This document shows, piece after piece, positions 58,601 to 64,000 of a DNA stretch of 64,000 bases. The position numbers were made by a program, and so were the translations under genes. Under the pieces are notes generated by a model, which ran no database searches, was not told the origin of the DNA, and saw only the letters and a program-made list of their open reading frames with translations. The stretch is from Verrucomicrobiota bacterium (lineage in GTDB: Bacteria > Verrucomicrobiota > Lentisphaeria > Lentisphaerales > Lentisphaeraceae), in the NCBI GenBank assembly GCA_039798785.1, contig JBDKFG010000020.1, forward strand, positions 32,001 to 96,000, given 5' to 3'. The first letter of the stretch is position 1; each line of letters opens with the position of its first letter.

Positions 58601-61400
58601 CTGGTCCTACACCCCCAATTCCCTCGCCCAAAGCCTCGCCGCAGGCAGCTCGGTCTCCGAAGAATTCCTCGTCTCCTCCTACGACCGCAGCGCCTCGCAG
58701 ACGATCACCGTCACGGTCACCGGCGCCAACGACGCCCCCAGCATCGGCGGCGCCCTCAGCGCCAGCCTCAGCAAGGACGGCACGCTCTTCGCCACCGGCG
58801 ACCTCAGCATCAGCGACCCGGACGCCGGCCAATCGCTCTTCCAGGCCCGCAACGGCGTCGCCGGCAACCTCGGCCGCTTCAGCATCGACGCCGGCGGTTC
58901 CTGGACCTACGCCCTCGATTACCTCGATGCCGACACCCAGGCATTGACCAATGGCAGCACCCGCACCGAAAGCTTCGTCGTCACGTCCGCCGATGGCGCC
59001 GCCTCGGTCACTCTCAGCATCACCATCAACGGCGCCGCGACGATCAAGCCGACGACGCACATCGACCTCAATGTCAACACCAACCTCAGCAGCGTTCCGG
59101 ATTATCTCGAAACCGGCTACGGCCTGCTGATCAGCGGCGACGACTCCTCCGACTACCTCGGCTACAGCGTCAGCGGCCTCGGCGATGTCAACGGCGACGG
59201 CTTTGCCGACTTCATCGTCGGCGCCTACCGCGCCGACAGCGGCAGCCGCTACGACTCAGGTGAAGCCTATGTCTTCTTCGGTCAATCCGGCGGCCTGCCC
59301 TCCGACTTCAATCTCAACCTCGATGCCGGCGCCAACGGCACCCCCGACCTGCTCGAATCCGGCGGCGGCTTCCGCATCAGCGGCGGCAGCAATTACGACT
59401 ACCTCGGCTATAGCGTCAGCTCCGCCGGCGATGTCAACGGCGACGGCTTCGCCGACATCCTCGTCGGCGCCTACCTCGCCGATGCCACCGCAGGAGGCAC
59501 CGACGCCGGCGAAACCTACCTGATCTTCGGCAGCAAGACCCTCCTCGCCAACTACGACCTCAGCGCCGATGCCGGCCTGATCTCCGGCTCGAATGCCAGC
59601 AACGCCGTCCCCGACGTCCTCGAAGGCGGCCGCGGCCTCCGCATCAACGGCGTGACCAACTACGACCACAGCGGCTGGAGCGTCCGCAGCGCCGGCGACT
59701 TCAACGGCGACGGCTTCGACGATCTCATCCTCGGCGCCCGTTACGCCGACAGCTCGCTCGCGACCGACAGCGGCGAATCCTACCTGATCTACGGCAAGCC
59801 CAGCGGCCTGCCGACCAATCTCGACCTCGCCACCGACAGCGGCATCCTCGGCGGCTCGATCGCCAACAACGACATCCCCGATTACCTCGAGGCCGGCGGC
59901 GGCCTGCGCTTCAGCGGCGACGATGCCTCCGACCACCTCGGCTACTCGGTCAGCTCCGCCGGCGACATCAACGGCGACGGCTTCGCCGACCTGCTCATCG
60001 GCGCGCTCTATCCCGACACCAGCGGCGGCACCGACGCCGGCGAGGTCTACCTGATCTTCGGCAAAGCCAGCGGCCTGCCGGTCAACTTCGACCTCAACGA
60101 CGACACCGGTTCGCTCTCCGGCTCGCTCGCCAGCAATGGCATTCCCGACGCCCTCGAAGGCGGCCGCGGCATCCGTTTCTCCGGCGACGACGCCTACGAC
60201 TACCTCGGCTACGCCCTCGCCGCCGCCGGCGACTTCAACGGCGACGGTATCGACGACTTCCTCCTCTCCGCCTACGCCGCCGACCCGGCAGGCGGCGGCG
60301 ACGCCGGCGAAATCTACCTGATCTACGGCAAGACTTCCGGCTGGACCCAGGATGTCAATCTCAACCACGACAACGGCTCGCTCGCCGGCTCCACCGCCTC
60401 CAACGGCATCCCCGACTTCCTCGACGCCGGCGGCGGCTTCCGCATCACCGGCGACGACAGCTACGACTACACCGGCGTCAGCCTCAGCTCCGCCGGCGAC
60501 GTCAACGGCGACGGCCTCGACGACCTGATCTTCGGCGCCCACGGCGGCGACACCAGCGGCGGCGCCGATGCCGGCGTGACCTATGTCCTCTTTGGCAAAG
60601 CCTCCGGCACTCCGGTCAGCGTCGATCTCAACACCGACACCGGCACCCTCTCAGGCTCGACCGCCGGCAACGGCATCCCCGACTACCTCGAGGCCGGCAA
60701 CGGCTTCCGCATCAGCGGCGACGACGCCTATGACTACTCCGGCATCAGCGTCAGCTCCGCCGGCGATGTCAACGGCGACGGCTTCGCCGATATCCTCGTC
60801 GGCGCCTACCAGGCCGATCCCAACGGCGGCGGCGATGCCGGCGAGGCCATCCTGATCTTCGGCCGCGACTTCAGCAACTCCGGCGCCGTCAAGATCGGCA
60901 GCAACCTCAGCGGCACCGCCAGCGCCGAACGCTTCGTCGGCACTTCCGGCAACGACAGCTTCCTCAACCTCGGCAGCGGCGACTCCTTGAGCAGCGGCGC
61001 CGGCGACGACCTGGCGTCGATCGGCGCCTCCGGCTTCCTCAGTCTCGACGGCGGTTTCGGCAAGGACACCCTGAGCCTCGCCTCCGGCATCAATCTTGAC
61101 CTCAGCACCCTCGGCAACAGCCGCATCACCGGCTTCGAAGTCATCGACCTGAGCGCCAGCGGCGCCAATGTCCTGACTCTCGCCAGCCCCGACATCCTGG
61201 CCCTGAGCGACAGCATCAACCGTCTCGATCTCGGCACTTCCCTCAAGGTCCACGGCAGCTCCGCCGACAGCGTCGACCTCGTCGGCGACTTCACCTTCCA
61301 CGGTCAGCACGTCTTCGACTCGATCACCTACAACCATTATCACAGCAGCAGCAACGACAACATCGACATCCTCATCCAAAGCAGCATCAGCGTCGTCTGA
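43644..61400 (+). CDS. Giant repetitive adhesin-like protein (~5918 aa): CSPG/cadherin-like, VCBS/Ig, He_PIG-like, 4 x FG-GAP modules, RTX-like caps
   Basis: ATG 43644 after ggag RBS; repeated F(T/S)LAD(I/L)..G.V.F.HDGS; G.YGSFS....G.WTY repeats; P.WLSF units; 28 (G/S)DxNxDGxxD motifs; GAGDD/GG.GRD repeats. Confidence 0.92.
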   Translation: MALSLHSSVFTHGEGGRIDFSPSSFTLSGLAGLADNLVVFTVSGLSAGEFFVGGTKQNFFTLADLKVAGRVIFQHDGSEAIPSFSLQLSGGGDSSPVIRPLIVFSHVNEAPSASSGAMSLNEGGLLLVTRDMLNGSDLETQDPAALRVEIKSVSGGYFILSGLRVTSFSLADIDAERVAYRHQGADPSPSFSFTVVDPAGGRSSLESRSIHINQLNDAPLVVAKGINIIRGKDSVLTTALLKITDEETTDPSRLIIRPTFLVNASLLVKDTAGVLQAASSFTAKDLADGKVVLRHDGGASAPRFSFKVEDDDGGFSSTINASFRFRDTQAPTGNKAPKISLARIDVKDGQTLTVTGEMIKVTDTFSDAGGILLTVSGLKGGQFYLNGVKATLFTMADIEAGNVRFTHTANQALPSFKIVASDAQGLKSQPFTVSTHVTELNDSAKLWIRPVEIKEGGTVKFTDSQLLVIDGDNLPKPATLKFFVESIAHGQVRLGNLAVQSFTLADVKAGKVSFVHDGSEDAPELQLSLKDLDGNGKVMSSSLVISMSFQFSTANDLPILRGSDLVVSGNSPNSTITLSTDHFDASDAETANPNGLIFKVTSVSNGEFLRYGQATNLFSLADIQEGIVQFRHTGSSGSIAKYSLVVTDVDGGTSTSFSGQTVNDPSVNDDPPVLVLNPIPLVEGGKVLITTAMINATDPDVGTPAAALRFQVSGLSGGSIVKNGFTVDSFTLADIQTGKISFIHDGSNNAPSFQIAVSDGFHSSAAAAASFAFIAVNAAPSDLQLVLNGTYFEGDAGSNLGSLVVTDSDDSSGFTFSVNDARFEIVAGTLRLKADQPPLDFETESSVSLFITATDSGGQSISRSFVLPVSNRNEAPDAIALSNTYVLPGDSGAVVGRVYVHDPDGSSGLSLAISDSRFEVVNNLLKLKSGESLNEGDPAVSLTLTVTDGGGLSFSDSFLITVKPSTLATISGNGNASGSEDTPVISGSLTVSDPDDGESSFRALNASGSHGLFVISANGNWTYAPAASVQALLPGESVADSFTVFSFDGSASKTISIVVNGAADTASISGTFTATIGEDEASGGAAGSLGISDTDAGQANFQTLSSSGTYGSFSLDSAGNWDYQLGSAAQSLAQGANATERFTVRSSDGSASQQISIVINGSNDAPYQDQIIVTERNAPLGQFFSFTLPAGTFIDPEGDLITVTVDNRPAWLSFDPATGTLSGTPGADDIGTANPKIIATDSHGASTSFSLVLSIFNPNNIPVLGGVNSGSLSEDAANVSGTLTIADADAGESFYQAATITKGHGSFSITADGSWTYTPGADAQLLALGQSLIETFVAISQDGSASQAVTINVIGANDGASFSGTFSGSGSEDVTLSGSVSVSDPDAGQSSVQASSREGTLGSFLINAAGAWTFVPGSAAQALLPAQSASESFTVYSADNSASQAITVTVLGANDVPSLGGTLSVSASEDAGTLSGSLTISDADAGQSSFQSLSSSGTYGNLSLASDGSWTYSIQAAAQALGAGQTASDSFTVTSADGTATRTLKITLNGINDVPGIGGTASGSLTEDQASVTGTLTINDADAGQSTFQSLSASGIYGSISLGSNGAWTYLTGAAAQALDANESVSDSFVARSSDGSASQTISISITGVNDAPVVALPLADQTAKQNEAFILDLAGTFNDPDGTALSYSTSTLPSWLSFADGVFSGTPGSTDLNSSVITVTAFDDYEQSVQASFTLSAIAVNHDAVISGSGSASVGEDAASLTGTLSIADVDPGQASFTATTLTGSAGSFSIDAAGAWTYTPSAAAQGLAAGASVIDSFTVYSLDNSASKTISITVNGANDVPVISGTSSGSISEDGAVLSGSLSIVDADASQSSFTAASASSSNGNFSVNVNGLWQFTPKAAAQALGAGENAVENFTVFSSDGSASQVVAVTITGANDAPVVNGGTSASGLVSGPITGTLLVSDPDLNDSLSFAVTAQGSKGTASINSSGAYTYTPSGSAGLDSFTVSINDGHGGLITQVVSITNIAVNQVPTIGGNTSGSGSEDASSINGTLSIVDPDDGQSSFQAATLSGSLGSFVLSSNGAWAFTPGSGAQALLAGASASNSFLVRSFDNSASQSVVITVSGANDVPSIGGVSGASTAANGGSVSGQLTISDADTGQSSFQAKTASGVYGSFSSNTSGAWTFTLSPAATGVLAGSSVTESFVVNSFDGTAQKTVTIVITGPFQADIDFNIDSNSNALPDTLEAGNGFRISGDNGSDGLGHQVAFVGDVNGDGFDDILVGAYQLDTAGGGNAGGAYLIFGKGSAFNAELNLNTDSGLLPGSTASNGIPDLIENGAGILISGDNSSDNTGNAVNAAGDFNGDGFADFLVGARYSEGNGTYDVGTTYLIFGKASGLPSQINLNNDATGNGIPDYIEAGGGIRFGGIDSSDHSGWSVNSAGDVNSDGFDDLLIGAIRADNVDGDGAGEVYLIYGRASGTPANFDLGFDLGITPGSIGGNAIPDLLEGGFGTRILGPDAQEQLGYSVSAAGDINGDGYGDFLIGADLADNATGTDVGQVYLIWGQASGLLANLDLNVDDGALTASTAGNGIPDFLENGGGIRLSGEDQYDHFGSSLGAAGDVNGDGFADFVIGAAYAELAGFSDAGAAYIIYGRASGLPLDMDFSVDLNANDTPDLLESGFGFRLVGDDSSDNLGYYSAVTSAGDVNGDGIDDLIVAAPIADAPSRGNTGEVYILFGKTGGLPVDIRLSVDANSNDLPDYLETGKGLRLRGDDASDYFGHSVSAAGDINGDGFADLLIGVIYGDPSGGGDAGEAIVLYGRDFSQGSANVTLGSSQSGSGVADHFLGSSGNDVFTNLGSGDSASSGAGDDSIAISAAAFLRLDGGTGRDTLILSGGINLDLRSNAMRLQDFETIDLSGSGNDSLTLDRTAVLGLPGSINHSSLATALRVKGAANDSLILSGDFVAKGLSTLDGVIYRQYESSSRPDADVMVQQGVTVTLDANDVAVISGSKTGTVNEDASSVGGSLSITDADAGQGSFLADTIAATYGSFSIAANGVWSFTPNAFAQTLVDGGTAVENFIVRSFDRSASEVVSITVTGSNDPTLISGTNSNSITLDGRVSLAGKLSASDLDASPDQATFQAQTLAGTYGSFSVNKDGGWSYAPDYFDADTRLLLSGTATESFLVRSFDGSASITMSFTLNGATRLPLSDLDLAANANSSTLPDLIEAGYGFRIDGDNANDQLGHNVAILGDVNGDGFDDILVGALLHDLPGANDAGAAYLIFGRASGFAQDYDFNQGLPDGSVKISGGSASDQLGNSVNPAGDFNGDGLVDFLIGARYDDGNGGYDIGSTYLIFGSRSPFASQIDLSLDANGNGLADFIEQGRGIRFSGNDSSDHSGFNVNSAGDVNGDGLDDILIGAIRADNADGDGAGEAYLIYGRASGLPVNFDFSLDAGSYLGSVAGNEVPDLLENGFGSLILGPDAQEQLGYAVSAAGDVNGDGFGDFLISADLADNATGTDTGMVYLIWGKNGQLPANIDLSVDSGALTGSTAGNGVPDFLENGGGILFSGEDANDHLGSSVSAAGDLNGDGFDDFVLGAAYADNLAMYDAGAVYVIYGRASGLPVKFNLSVDAGNNDVPDFLEAGFGFRISGAYYSDALGYYSGVTAAGDVNGDGFEDILVSAYIAESPGRSDSGEAYLLFGKAGGFTTDLKLNVDSNSNDIPDALEGGQGLRIRGPSNYDYFGHSVSGGGDINGDGFDDLIVGALYADTPAGNEAGEAFVIYGRDFTQGGASVKLGSSLAGSASVDHLIGSSGNDVFTNLGSGDSASSGAGDDSLTLASNAFLRVDGGSGRDTLALGSGISLDLSSNLSRIQGFEIIDLAASTFSESLLLDRAAILALPDSRDQNDLGSALRVLGTSSDNLTLAGDFVDRGLVVLGSTSFRHFESSSTPGADVLVQQGLTVTNDSNDLPVFGGVGSGTVNEDDASLSRALTISDADAGEASFLPDSIAAVYGTFAIAANGTWTFTPNAFAQSLNDGQTVTENFFVTSFDRSGSLTVTVTVNGSNDPTVISGATSYSLSLDGRIGLAGNLTATDADADATQAAFTARSLTGTYGSFSVDANGSWFYSPDYQDPDTQALGNGVSAVDSFLVLAKDGASSLSVSFTVTGAAKLPLTLLDFSVNANSNSLPDLVEAGYGFRLAGDNANDSFGHNVALLGDVNGDGFDDLLVGAPLHDQAANDAGAAYLVYGKSSGFAQDYDFNQGVPAGAVKFSGDKASDQLGNSLNAAGDFNGDGLADFLIGARYDDGNGGYDIGSTYLVFGSRSSLPSQISLASDANGNGLPDFIENGGGIRFSGNDSYDWSGFNVNAAGDVNGDGFADILIGAIRADNVDGDGAGEAYLIYGRASGTPANFDLNLDSGVLIGATAGNEVPDLLEAGYGTRFLGPDAQEQLGYAVSAAGDVNGDGFGDFLVSADLADNATGSDTGLVYLVWGQNGKLPANIDLGVDSGSLSGSTASNSIPDFLEAGGGILISGEDASDHLGSSVSAAGDVNGDGFADFIIAARYAERSGSSDNGAAYLIYGRSSGLPVHLDLNLDNASVVGSVASNDLPDYLEAGFGFRLSGDDNSDHLGYYSALSAAGDVNGDGFADLLIAAPYADSPSRYDNGEVYLLFGQAAAFNPNLSLGADANSNGIPDLLDAGKGLLLQGVNNYEHLGHSVSAGSDLNGDGFDDLIIGAIDGDGSGGADTGLAYVIYGRDFSQGGGNVTLASSFTGGANPEHLVGSSGGDNITNIGSGDSVSSGAGDDSIAIASNAFLRLDGGSGRDSLALSAGISLDLSTKLTHVAGFEIIDLAASTLSESLTLSSAAILALPDSRDQSGLNSALRVKGGSGDSVTLVGDFVDKGSFTFDGITYRHLEDGARPAADVLIQNGLTLVIDANDPAVISGTSSGTVSENGPVLNGSLSVVDPDPGQSSFLPDSVSGFYGSFAIASNGTWSYTPNSLAQSLAAGSSVSEEFLVSSYDRSASQTITVTVTGANDAPSIGGALSASLSKDGTLFATGDLSISDPDAGQSLFQARNGVAGNLGRFSIDAGGSWTYALDYLDADTQALTNGSTRTESFVVTSADGAASVTLSITINGAATIKPTTHIDLNVNTNLSSVPDYLETGYGLLISGDDSSDYLGYSVSGLGDVNGDGFADFIVGAYRADSGSRYDSGEAYVFFGQSGGLPSDFNLNLDAGANGTPDLLESGGGFRISGGSNYDYLGYSVSSAGDVNGDGFADILVGAYLADATAGGTDAGETYLIFGSKTLLANYDLSADAGLISGSNASNAVPDVLEGGRGLRINGVTNYDHSGWSVRSAGDFNGDGFDDLILGARYADSSLATDSGESYLIYGKPSGLPTNLDLATDSGILGGSIANNDIPDYLEAGGGLRFSGDDASDHLGYSVSSAGDINGDGFADLLIGALYPDTSGGTDAGEVYLIFGKASGLPVNFDLNDDTGSLSGSLASNGIPDALEGGRGIRFSGDDAYDYLGYALAAAGDFNGDGIDDFLLSAYAADPAGGGDAGEIYLIYGKTSGWTQDVNLNHDNGSLAGSTASNGIPDFLDAGGGFRITGDDSYDYTGVSLSSAGDVNGDGLDDLIFGAHGGDTSGGADAGVTYVLFGKASGTPVSVDLNTDTGTLSGSTAGNGIPDYLEAGNGFRISGDDAYDYSGISVSSAGDVNGDGFADILVGAYQADPNGGGDAGEAILIFGRDFSNSGAVKIGSNLSGTASAERFVGTSGNDSFLNLGSGDSLSSGAGDDLASIGASGFLSLDGGFGKDTLSLASGINLDLSTLGNSRITGFEVIDLSASGANVLTLASPDILALSDSINRLDLGTSLKVHGSSADSVDLVGDFTFHGQHVFDSITYNHYHSSSNDNIDILIQSSISVV
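50320..61400 (+). repeat. Four ~2.9 kb intragenic module repeats
   Basis: Modules start at about 50330, 53260, 56150 and 59060 and share long near-identical stretches (e.g. GPDAQEQLGY, ADLADNATG, IRADN.DGDGAGE in modules 1-3). Confidence 0.9.
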
Positions 61401-61763
61401 GCGAAGAAACCGAAAACAAGGATTCCCGCAATCCCCTGATCACCCCTCTCGCCCTTTTGGCCGGAGAGGTGATCGCTGATTTCTTCCTGCCGGGGCCCTG
61501 GCTCTGGGCCATGATCCTAGATTCCACAACTGAAGATTTTGGGGTTTAGTTTGTGCTTGACTCCAACGGAGTCGGGGATTTTAGTTCAGGGTTGAGCCGC
61601 ATCGGCGACACCCTGGGAATGAGACAGTTATGAATTTTTTGGCTTTTCCGGGAAGTTGGTGGGCTGCCGCTTGGCTTTGCAGTCTTCTAGTGGGACGAGA
61701 TGTCGTTGATTGGGTTCCGGCTCTGCCTGGAGAGGGGCGGGGGGGCTGAAGCAGGGGTGGAAT

Positions 61764-62477
61764 CTAGGATGGGGTGACATCTGCTGGATGGATCTTGTTC
61801 CTGCTTGATTTCTCAAGCCGAAAATGCAGGGGGATCAGCAGCAGGATGGCCAAGGCCAGTTTTTGCAGCGCCGCGCCGTAGGTACAGACGAAAATGGCCC
61901 ATTGAGCCTCGTTGAGCTGCAGCTCGCCCCGAAAGAGCCGGGCGAAATTCGCCGAGAATTGCGATCTCCGCAAATCCTCGCCGATGGCCGCCAAGAAGAA
62001 GCCGAGGGGCGCGGCGATCAGGAGGAAACGGCTGAAGTCGCGCAAGCTATCAAGATTGTGGCTCCACGAAGAACGGTGGCGGACACAACACCAGATGAGG
62101 GCAGCACAGGTGACCAGGTGAAAGAGATGGAGACTCGTCACTTCGAAGGCCAGGCAAGCCGGGACCAAGGCAAAAAGCGCTCCGTAAAGGCCCAGTTTCT
62201 CCAGGAAATTCCGGTCTCTTCTATTCCGCCAGGCGAGAAGTAGGCCTGCCGAAGCCAGAAGAAGAGGCGTTGCGCAGCCTTCGAATTCGGCCTGGAACTG
62301 GAGGGAGAGGCCGATCAGAATCGCCAATCCGCAAGCCAGACGCAGCGGCAGGGAGCTCGGGCTCAATCGGTAATGATGAGCCAGCAGGCAGATCGCCACC
62401 GCCCCGATCTGGAACAGGAGGTATTGGAAGAAGTAAGCCTCGTCACCGGGGCTGACATAGGAAGAGGCGAGGATCAT
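61764..62477 (-). CDS. Hypothetical multi-TM protein (long type, copy 2)
   Basis: Start reassigned to MILASSY (ATGA overlap with upstream gene); many hydrophobic segments; similar to 62814..63563. Confidence 0.65.
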   Translation of the reverse strand: MILASSYVSPGDEAYFFQYLLFQIGAVAICLLAHHYRLSPSSLPLRLACGLAILIGLSLQFQAEFEGCATPLLLASAGLLLAWRNRRDRNFLEKLGLYGALFALVPACLAFEVTSLHLFHLVTCAALIWCCVRHRSSWSHNLDSLRDFSRFLLIAAPLGFFLAAIGEDLRRSQFSANFARLFRGELQLNEAQWAIFVCTYGAALQKLALAILLLIPLHFRLEKSSRNKIHPADVTPS

Positions 62478-62824
62478 GGAGCCCTTCGCGGAGAGGTTTT
62501 GAAGCTCAGGAGCAGGCAGAGGAGAAAACCGACCAGGGACCCGCCGAGGATCCAGGGAGCGGCTTCCGGGATCTGGGGTTCCCGGCTCATCGCCAGAGGC
62601 ATCGCCATCTCCGAAACCATCGCTCCGACCAGAGCGGCGAACCCCAGGCTGCACAATCGCCAAGACGCAGGATTCGCACGGGATCGATGTCTGAAGACGA
62701 TGATCGTCAGGACCAGGAGAAGTGCGGCGCAGCCGCTGGCGCCCAGATCCGGCACCTGGAGGCACGGAGCGGGCCCATGGCCGTAGGAATCCCAGCTCGG
62801 TAGAGTTACGGTTTCAATTTTCAT
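62474..62824 (-). CDS. Hypothetical 3-TM protein (short type, copy 2)
   Basis: WRLCSLGFAAL..PLAMS..LGGSL shared with 63560..63931; start could be 62830. Confidence 0.65.
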   Translation of the reverse strand: MKIETVTLPSWDSYGHGPAPCLQVPDLGASGCAALLLVLTIIVFRHRSRANPASWRLCSLGFAALVGAMVSEMAMPLAMSREPQIPEAAPWILGGSLVGFLLCLLLSFKTSPRRAP

Positions 62825-63563
62825 GGACATCTCCCATCGCTAGTGATGACACTGGGTTTTCCTGGCGCAGCCCATGAAGCTGCAGGAGGACGAAGACAAG
62901 AAGCTGGAGGCCGATGCTGAGGAAGAGATTGGAGAAGCTGAGGATCAACAGGATCTCTTTGCCGTTCCCCGTCATTGAAGCTAGTCCTTGAAAGGTGTCC
63001 CAGGTGTAGAGGATCCAGGAGAGGATCAGAGCGCCGAGCAGGCAGCGGGAGCAGGAACGGAGCAAGCGAATCGGAAAATCGTCAGAGTTTCCGTGCCGGA
63101 GGCATTGCTGCAAAACCAGCCAGGCCAGCAGGCCCTGGAGCAAAATGGCAGGGAGGCTGGAGAGGGCGAAGATCATCGGGGCGACTCCGATGAGACCGAA
63201 GGTCAAAAAGCAGCTTGCTCGAGCTTGGTTTCGGTAGAGGGCGTAATAGCCGAATAGGATCAGGCCCGAGAAGAAGAAGAAGGCCAAGAGGCATGGGACC
63301 AGGATCCTAGTAGGAAGGAACTTGCGATAAAAACTGAGGAAAAGATCAACAAGGAGCATGAGGGAAACCGGGTTGATCAAGGCGACCAGCACGAGGAACA
63401 AGGGCAGAAAAGCCAGGGGGAGGATCACAAGAGGCTGAAAAAGAGGGGGAGCCTGACGGAGTTTCTTTTCTGACAAGCTCCAGAAGAGGAGGATGCAAAG
63501 CAGCAGGAGAATGTGCGAGCCCAAGAGCTCTGGAAAGGAAATGGAGAAGGAGGCGAGAATCAT
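62814..63563 (-). CDS. Hypothetical multi-TM protein (long type, copy 1)
   Basis: MILASF start with ATGA overlap; Leu/Phe-rich TM segments. Confidence 0.7.
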   Translation of the reverse strand: MILASFSISFPELLGSHILLLLCILLFWSLSEKKLRQAPPLFQPLVILPLAFLPLFLVLVALINPVSLMLLVDLFLSFYRKFLPTRILVPCLLAFFFFSGLILFGYYALYRNQARASCFLTFGLIGVAPMIFALSSLPAILLQGLLAWLVLQQCLRHGNSDDFPIRLLRSCSRCLLGALILSWILYTWDTFQGLASMTGNGKEILLILSFSNLFLSIGLQLLVFVLLQLHGLRQENPVSSLAMGDVHEN

Positions 63564-63931
63564 GGCTGAATCTCCCGCGAAAGGAGGGAGGCGAGGAGGC
63601 TTAGGGCCGCAGCGAGGAGTGACGCGCCGAGCAGCCCGGCCAGGCTCGAGGACAGTATCGGGTTTTCACTCAGAGCTAAAGGGCGGATGTACTGAGCGAA
63701 GAGCCAGGCGCCAAGCGCGGCGTAGCCCAAGGACAGGAGTCTCCATCGCCGCGATGTTGAGGCGTCGCGCTGACGGCAAAGCATCGCGACCAGCCAGGCC
63801 GAGAGCAGGGCGAAGAGCAGCCAGGAGAGGCCGGGCTGGAGCTCGAAGATCCAGTCTTCGATTCGTCGCGGAGGCGTCGGGAAATCCGCCTTGGGAAACT
63901 CCGGCATTTCGGGGGCAGGTTCAGGTTTCAT
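63560..63931 (-). CDS. Hypothetical 3-TM protein (short type, copy 1)
   Basis: WRLLSLGYAAL..PLALS..LGASL; Pro-rich N-terminus. Confidence 0.68.
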   Translation of the reverse strand: MKPEPAPEMPEFPKADFPTPPRRIEDWIFELQPGLSWLLFALLSAWLVAMLCRQRDASTSRRWRLLSLGYAALGAWLFAQYIRPLALSENPILSSSLAGLLGASLLAAALSLLASLLSREIQP

Positions 63932-64000
63932 CGGCGGCTCCGTGAAGCATCGGTTTCGGCACTGGGAGACAGAGCCCAGAGCAAAGGCGGCGGGCCGAAA

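Noticed and set aside
46554..61379. Long antisense ORFs (e.g. 47811..51473, 51483..55502, 56103..59060)
   Set aside because: Shadow frames produced by the strong codon bias of the giant gene; Ala/Val/Gly-rich with no motifs.
61764..62765. 333-aa ORF start at 62765
   Set aside because: It overlaps the paralogous short gene in another frame; the MILAS start at 62477 mirrors the upstream pair.

Overview
GC-rich bacterial chromosomal segment, most likely PVC superphylum (Lentisphaerota/Verrucomicrobiota/Planctomycetota-like). This is inferred from the DUF1549/DUF1553 + DUF1501 pair, a DUF1080 protein and an H-X9-DG pilin-like protein. The left half holds housekeeping genes (lysA, bamA, Fur family, RsuA-type synthase, msrBA, hisE, mraY, murF), a sulfur module and a GntR-regulated sugar operon that starts with a pilin-like gene. 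Four elements stand out. (1) A ~12 kb signalling locus has two CheA-like kinases lacking CheW domains, three CheX-like domains, a CheY-like receiver and two exported binding-protein-like genes; it is divergent from a TonB-dependent receptor and has no MCP/CheW/CheR/CheB. One kinase is broken by two frameshifts. (2) Several intergenic sites carry inverted 7-8 nt tandem-repeat arrays, one bracketing an AT-rich ORF inserted between murF and mraY. (3) A ~5,900 aa adhesin-like protein carries four 7-repeat FG-GAP modules, each followed by an RTX-like cap. (4) A tandem array of paired, diverged membrane-protein genes runs off the right edge. All calls are by eye from motifs; no database searches were run. 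No rRNA, tRNA, CRISPR array or transposase was recognised.
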